From Thermoanaerobaculia bacterium (GTDB taxonomy: Bacteria; Acidobacteriota; Thermoanaerobaculia; UBA5066): a stretch of 18,055 bases of DNA. Of this stretch, positions 14,225 through 18,055 are shown in pieces; the first letter of the stretch is position 1, and every line of letters starts with the position of its first letter. The position numbers were made by a program, and so were the translations under genes. Location: the NCBI GenBank assembly GCA_038245905.1, contig JBBRRY010000050.1, forward strand, positions 1 through 18,055, written 5' to 3'. Under the pieces are notes generated by a model. That model ran no database searches and was not told the origin of the DNA. It saw only the letters and a program-made list of their open reading frames with translations.

Positions 14225-15294
14225 GCGAGAGGAGTCGAGAGCGTCGCCTCGGCGAGAACCTCCGCCGTCGCGGGGTCCACGGCGCGCGCGTAGCAGGGTC
14301 CGCCGAGGCCCTCCACGAACCCGGCCGGCGGTCTCCACGACGACGAACCCTCGGGGAGCGGCGCCCACGCGAACGGGCTGAACCACGGGAGAGTCGAGAT
14401 CGCGACGCCCACGGCGCCGCGGGCGGGCCATCCGAGCGCGGCCGCGCCGAGAAACTCGGGGGCCGGCTTCGGCCAAGGAGAAACCGCCGCGAGCGCGTCG
14501 AGGCCGCGCCTTCCGCGCTCACCGAAGTGCCGCCCGAAATAACGGCGCTCCGACTCCGCGAACCACGCGGCCGACCGGGGCTCTTGGCGCGTGCTCCTGC
14601 CGAACCGGTGGACGACTCGGGCCGATCCGACCGTGAGAAGCGTCCCGCCCGCCGCCCGGAGCCGCCGCTGCCAGTCGTTCTCCTCGTAGTAGAGGGGATA
14701 CGCGTCGTCGAAGGGCCCGACGCGCTCGAGCGTCCCGCGCGTCGTCGCGACGAGCGCTCCCGACAGGGCCGGGGCGCGCCGGACCTCGCCACGCGCGGCC
14801 GCGTCGGCCGCCGCGAGGGCGCGTCTCAGGCGCCGCCGAAAGGGCCGGTCCGACGCCCGAGGATTCATCGAGATCCGCCGGCGCAGGAGATCGAACGGGT
14901 GCGGCTCTTCGGCCGGCGGCGCGTGGATGGTCATCGCGTCGTCGAGAAAAAACGAGGGCCCGGCCGCCACGGGCTCACGGCCGCCGCGCACTGCGGCCGC
15001 GAGGGCGGCGATCGAGCCCGGGCGAAAGACGAGATCGGGGTTCGCGAGGAAGAGCAGGTCTCCGCGCGCGGCCGCGATGCCGGCGTTGAGGCCGCCCGCG
15101 AAGCCGAGGTTGCGGCCGGGGTCGAGCGTGAGGTCCGCGACCGCCCGGAACGCCTCGGCCTCGCCCGAGTTCTCGACGACGACGACCTCCGCCGGCTCCC
15201 CCGCCGCCTCCGCACCGCTCCGGAAACCTGCGATCGCCTCGCGGGCGAGCGCGGCCGAGCGATAGCTGACGACGACGAGCGAGAGGAGGGTCAC
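14221..15294 (-). CDS. GT2 glycosyltransferase (WbbL/rhamnosyltransferase-like), 357 aa
   Basis: GTG start 6 nt after GGGAGG. Motifs LVVVSY, VVVENS, NLGFAGGLNAG, FLANPD, SGAL, GPFDDAYPLYYEENDW, VVH. Donor specificity is not established. Confidence 0.9.
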   Translation of the reverse strand: MTLLSLVVVSYRSAALAREAIAGFRSGAEAAGEPAEVVVVENSGEAEAFRAVADLTLDPGRNLGFAGGLNAGIAAARGDLLFLANPDLVFRPGSIAALAAAVRGGREPVAAGPSFFLDDAMTIHAPPAEEPHPFDLLRRRISMNPRASDRPFRRRLRRALAAADAAARGEVRRAPALSGALVATTRGTLERVGPFDDAYPLYYEENDWQRRLRAAGGTLLTVGSARVVHRFGRSTRQEPRSAAWFAESERRYFGRHFGERGRRGLDALAAVSPWPKPAPEFLGAAALGWPARGAVGVAISTLPWFSPFAWAPLPEGSSSWRPPAGFVEGLGGPCYARAVDPATAEVLAEATLSTPLA

Positions 15295-15313
15295 GAAAGG
15301 CCTCCCGCGCCGC

Positions 15314-15322
15314 TGCTAGACT
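15314..15322 (+). promoter_or_regulatory. Putative extended -10 promoter (TGcTAGACT) of the GNAT gene
   Basis: TGn-TAGACT lies 10 nt before the GTG at 15333 in a 38-nt divergent gap with no clear Shine-Dalgarno sequence. Confidence 0.5.
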
Positions 15323-15332
15323 GCCGGGGCCC

Positions 15333-16298
15333 GTGAGCGTTTCCGTTCGTCCCGCGGAAGAGGCCGACCGGCCCGCCCTGTTCGCGCTCTTCTCCGTCGC
15401 GTTCTCCTCCCCGGCCGATCCCGCCGAGTGGGCATGGAAGTACGACCGGAATCCGAACCCGTCCGTCTCCGTGGTCGCCGAGGAGCGCGGACGGATCGTC
15501 GGCTTTTTCGGGGGTTACGGGACGCGCTATCGCGGCGCCGAGGGAGATTACCCGGGCGTTGCCGGCGTGGACGTGATGACGGACCCTTCGGCGCGCACTC
15601 TCGGCCGGCGAACACTCTTCCAGAAGCTCGGGCTGGAGTTCTTCAGGGTGAACGGCGAGAGAGGTGTGCCCTTCGGCTTTGGATTTCCGAACGAACGGCA
15701 TCGCCTCGCCGCGGAGAAGACGATCGGCTACCGGCCCGTCGAGCCCGCGCGGCAGTGGACGCGCGCACTCCAGGCGCCATCCCTTTTCGGACGGCTGCGG
15801 CGGCGGTTTCTCAAGACCCGCGTCGGCGAGACGTTCTCCCCCGCGCACGATGCGCTCGCCGAGACGCTCCATGCGCGCGCCGGATGGCGGACGGATCGCT
15901 CCCGAAAGACGATGAACTGGCGCTTCGCAGCACGCCCGAACGTCTCGTACGCGGTACACGAGCTCGTGGACGGCCGCGGCCGCTCCCGCGCCTGCGCGGT
16001 CCTCCGGATCGCCGGAGAGCGTGGGCTTCTCGTCGACCTTCAGGCCTCGGACGAAGGCTCGGGCGCCGTCGCCGACCTTCTCGACGCGGTCGGAGAATCG
16101 CTCTCGGGGACGACCGCGACCCACTTCGCGCTCCGCGCGGGGACCTCGTCGTGCTTCGCCGGGCGCGCGGCCGAGCTCGGATTCGTCTCCGCCCCGACCG
16201 ACACCCACTTCGAGGTGCGGCCGTTCACGTCCGCGTTCGACCTCACGCGGGCCGCGCCGGCGTTCGACTACCGCTTCGTCGACCACGAGATTTTCTAG
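15333..16298 (+). CDS. GNAT-family N-acyltransferase (probably tandem GNAT fold), 321 aa
   Basis: VRPAEEADRPALFALF, WAWKYDRNP, VAEERGRIVGF, VDVMTDPSAR, FGFGFPN, and a second half containing RSRKTMNWRF. Confidence 0.85.
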   Translation: MSVSVRPAEEADRPALFALFSVAFSSPADPAEWAWKYDRNPNPSVSVVAEERGRIVGFFGGYGTRYRGAEGDYPGVAGVDVMTDPSARTLGRRTLFQKLGLEFFRVNGERGVPFGFGFPNERHRLAAEKTIGYRPVEPARQWTRALQAPSLFGRLRRRFLKTRVGETFSPAHDALAETLHARAGWRTDRSRKTMNWRFAARPNVSYAVHELVDGRGRSRACAVLRIAGERGLLVDLQASDEGSGAVADLLDAVGESLSGTTATHFALRAGTSSCFAGRAAELGFVSAPTDTHFEVRPFTSAFDLTRAAPAFDYRFVDHEIF

Positions 16299-17308
16299 GC
16301 CTCCCGGGGAGCTTCGGAGAAGATGCGCTCGAGCTCGTCGAGGACGGGCTCGAGCCGGAACGTCGCGGCGACCTCCAGCCCGCGCCGCCGCCGTTCACGC
16401 CAGAGACCCGGATCGTCGAGAAGCCGCGCCGCCTCCCTTGCGAGGGCCGCGTCGTCGCCGGGCGGAGCGAACGCCGTGGCGTCGCGCGGGATCGGGCGGT
16501 AGGACGGGATGTCCGTGAGGACCGTTGGGACGCCGGACGCCATCGCCTCCAGCGGCGGAAGCGGGAACCCTTCGGCTTCGAAGGACGGGTGGAGCATGAC
16601 GTCCAGCCCGTGGTAGAACGCGATCATCTCGGCGACGCTCGCGCCGTGGCGGTAGACATCCGGCGCGAGGAGCGCGCATTCTTTCGCCGTGAGCGGGAGC
16701 TGGCTCGCGCGGTGCAGCCGCACGTCACGCCCCTCCTCGCGGAGCCGGCGCACGGCGGCCAGCCCGACCGGGATTCCCTTGTTCGCGGCTTCGAACGGTC
16801 CGACGATGCCGACGACGGCAGGCTCCCGCCGCACGCCGCGCCCGGCGTCCTCAGGCCGGTAGTCCTCCGCGCGGATCGCCTGAGGGAGCACGTGGTAGGG
16901 GCCCGGGAAGACACCCTCGAAGAGCGCGAGGAGGTGCGCGGAGATCAGAAGCTTCGGGAGAGGCTCGCGATAGGCCTCCTCGACCTCGGCGAGGCGGTGC
17001 GCATCGCTCGGGTAGAGCGCCTCGTATCCCTGACTGAAATGGAAGATCCTCGGAGCGCGGCGTGCGCGAGCGGTTGGGACGACGGTGGGGAACCACGTCG
17101 CAACGTGGACGTCCGCCTCGGGAATCGTAGCGGCGTCGAAGCTCGGCACCTCGGCGACCGGGACCCGCACGGGGATCCAGCCGTGGCGCGCATCCCTCGT
17201 GACGATGGAGACATCGTGGCCGCGTGACGCGAGGCCCTCCGCATGCTCGACGATCACCTTGACGCCGCCCGACACCTCGAGGGACTCGACGACATAGACG
17301 ATTCTCAT
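16295..17308 (-). CDS. GT4 glycosyltransferase (WsaF-like), 337 aa
   Basis: ATG at 17308 overlaps the wzt stop (TGATG). Motifs MRIVYV, SGGVKVI, LASRGHDV, VATWFPT, HFSQGYE, EGFPLPPLEAMASGVPTV. Confidence 0.93.
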   Translation of the reverse strand: MRIVYVVESLEVSGGVKVIVEHAEGLASRGHDVSIVTRDARHGWIPVRVPVAEVPSFDAATIPEADVHVATWFPTVVPTARARRAPRIFHFSQGYEALYPSDAHRLAEVEEAYREPLPKLLISAHLLALFEGVFPGPYHVLPQAIRAEDYRPEDAGRGVRREPAVVGIVGPFEAANKGIPVGLAAVRRLREEGRDVRLHRASQLPLTAKECALLAPDVYRHGASVAEMIAFYHGLDVMLHPSFEAEGFPLPPLEAMASGVPTVLTDIPSYRPIPRDATAFAPPGDDAALAREAARLLDDPGLWRERRRRGLEVAATFRLEPVLDELERIFSEAPREA

Positions 17309-18055
17309 CAGGGATCGCCGCCGCCCGTGGGAATCGACTTCCAGGTCAAGGGTGGACTCATCAGGCCGTTGCGCCACGTGTCGGACTCCACGTGGAACGT
17401 GCGGCTCTTCGAGTCATAGAGGGCCAGCGCCCTCTCGTCGCCGAGAAACACGGTCGCGACGAACTCGCCCTTTCCGAGCGGCAGATGTTCGAGCGCGATA
17501 CGGACCCGATACCGGGTCCGCCCTCCGAAGGGTCCAACGCCGTCGTGCCGCGAGTCGGCCGTGAAGCACACCACGTTGTCGAGCGTCGCGACACCAAGGT
17601 GAACCTGCAAGAGCCTTTCGGGGCTGTCGCCCTCGAACGAGACCTCGACGGCCCACGGCTCGTTCGGACGGAATACTCCGCTCTCGCGCCCGTCAACCCC
17701 GACCAGAGAGAAGGCGGTGATGCGTCCGTGCGAATCCACGGGCGGGTGGGGGCTTTGAACAGTCGAAGCGCCCTTCCCGGCGAGGAACTTCTCGTACTCG
17801 AGGACGACGCTCTGCGCGTCGCCTTCCGCCGCCACGCGTCCCGCGTTCAGCCAGAGCGCGCGGTCGCACAGCGTGGACACGTAATACATCGCGTGGCTGC
17901 AGAAGAAAATCGTCTTGCCCGACGCCTTCATCTCGAAAATCCGGTCGACGCACTTCTTCTGGAAGCGGCCGTCGCCGACGGCGAGCGCCTCGTCGAGGAG
18001 GATCACGTCGGGCAGGACCGCCGTCGCGACCGAGAACGCGAGCCGCATCTGCATG
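17308..18055 (-). CDS. wzt: Polysaccharide ABC exporter ATP-binding subunit with C-terminal Wzt_C-type domain (5' truncated)
   Basis: MQMRLAFSVA (end of the ABC signature), Walker B ILLDEALAVGD..FQKKC, H-loop FCSH, then a roughly 140-aa beta-rich C-terminal domain (GRITAFSL...LPLGKGEFVATV). Confidence 0.93.
   Translation of the reverse strand, partial: MQMRLAFSVATAVLPDVILLDEALAVGDGRFQKKCVDRIFEMKASGKTIFFCSHAMYYVSTLCDRALWLNAGRVAAEGDAQSVVLEYEKFLAGKGASTVQSPHPPVDSHGRITAFSLVGVDGRESGVFRPNEPWAVEVSFEGDSPERLLQVHLGVATLDNVVCFTADSRHDGVGPFGGRTRYRVRIALEHLPLGKGEFVATVFLGDERALALYDSKSRTFHVESDTWRNGLMSPPLTWKSIPTGGGDP

Noticed and set aside
10266-17308. Mycothiol/bacillithiol-like pathway (GT4 plus PIG-L deacetylase plus GNAT)
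   Set aside because: There is no cysteine ligase (MshC/BshC) in the window. The GT4s look WsaF-like and are linked to wzt, which favours surface glycan synthesis.

Overview
High-GC (roughly 70%) bacterial DNA carrying part of an ABC-transporter-dependent (Wzm/Wzt-type) surface glycan locus. It contains a partial wzt with a C-terminal extension, six cytoplasmic glycosyltransferase genes (GT2, GT4 and two GT2-GT4 fusions, three with WsaF-like GT4 domains), a GT-C-fold membrane transferase, a PIG-L/LmbE de-N-acetylase and a GNAT acyltransferase. Inside the locus sit three secreted-protein genes: a Gly/aromatic-rich double-PEGA protein, a 930-aa Asp-box beta-propeller protein and a 337-aa protein of unknown function. 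The last two are unrelated except for an ungapped 114-aa C-terminal domain (about 75% identical), a candidate undescribed sorting or surface-anchoring module. Other notable signals are a WbdD-like GT2/coiled-coil/amphipathic-helix protein head-to-head with the deacetylase (possible new glycan-capping chemistry), a Trp/basic helix shared by three GTs, five -10 boxes placed just before start codons (leaderless mRNAs), and a sigma-54-type promoter flanked by paired repeats. No RNA genes, CRISPR arrays or mobile elements were seen. An Acidobacteriota (Thermoanaerobaculia-like) origin is my inference from recall and is unverified. Several starts were moved from the ORF track using RBS, overlap and signal-peptide evidence.
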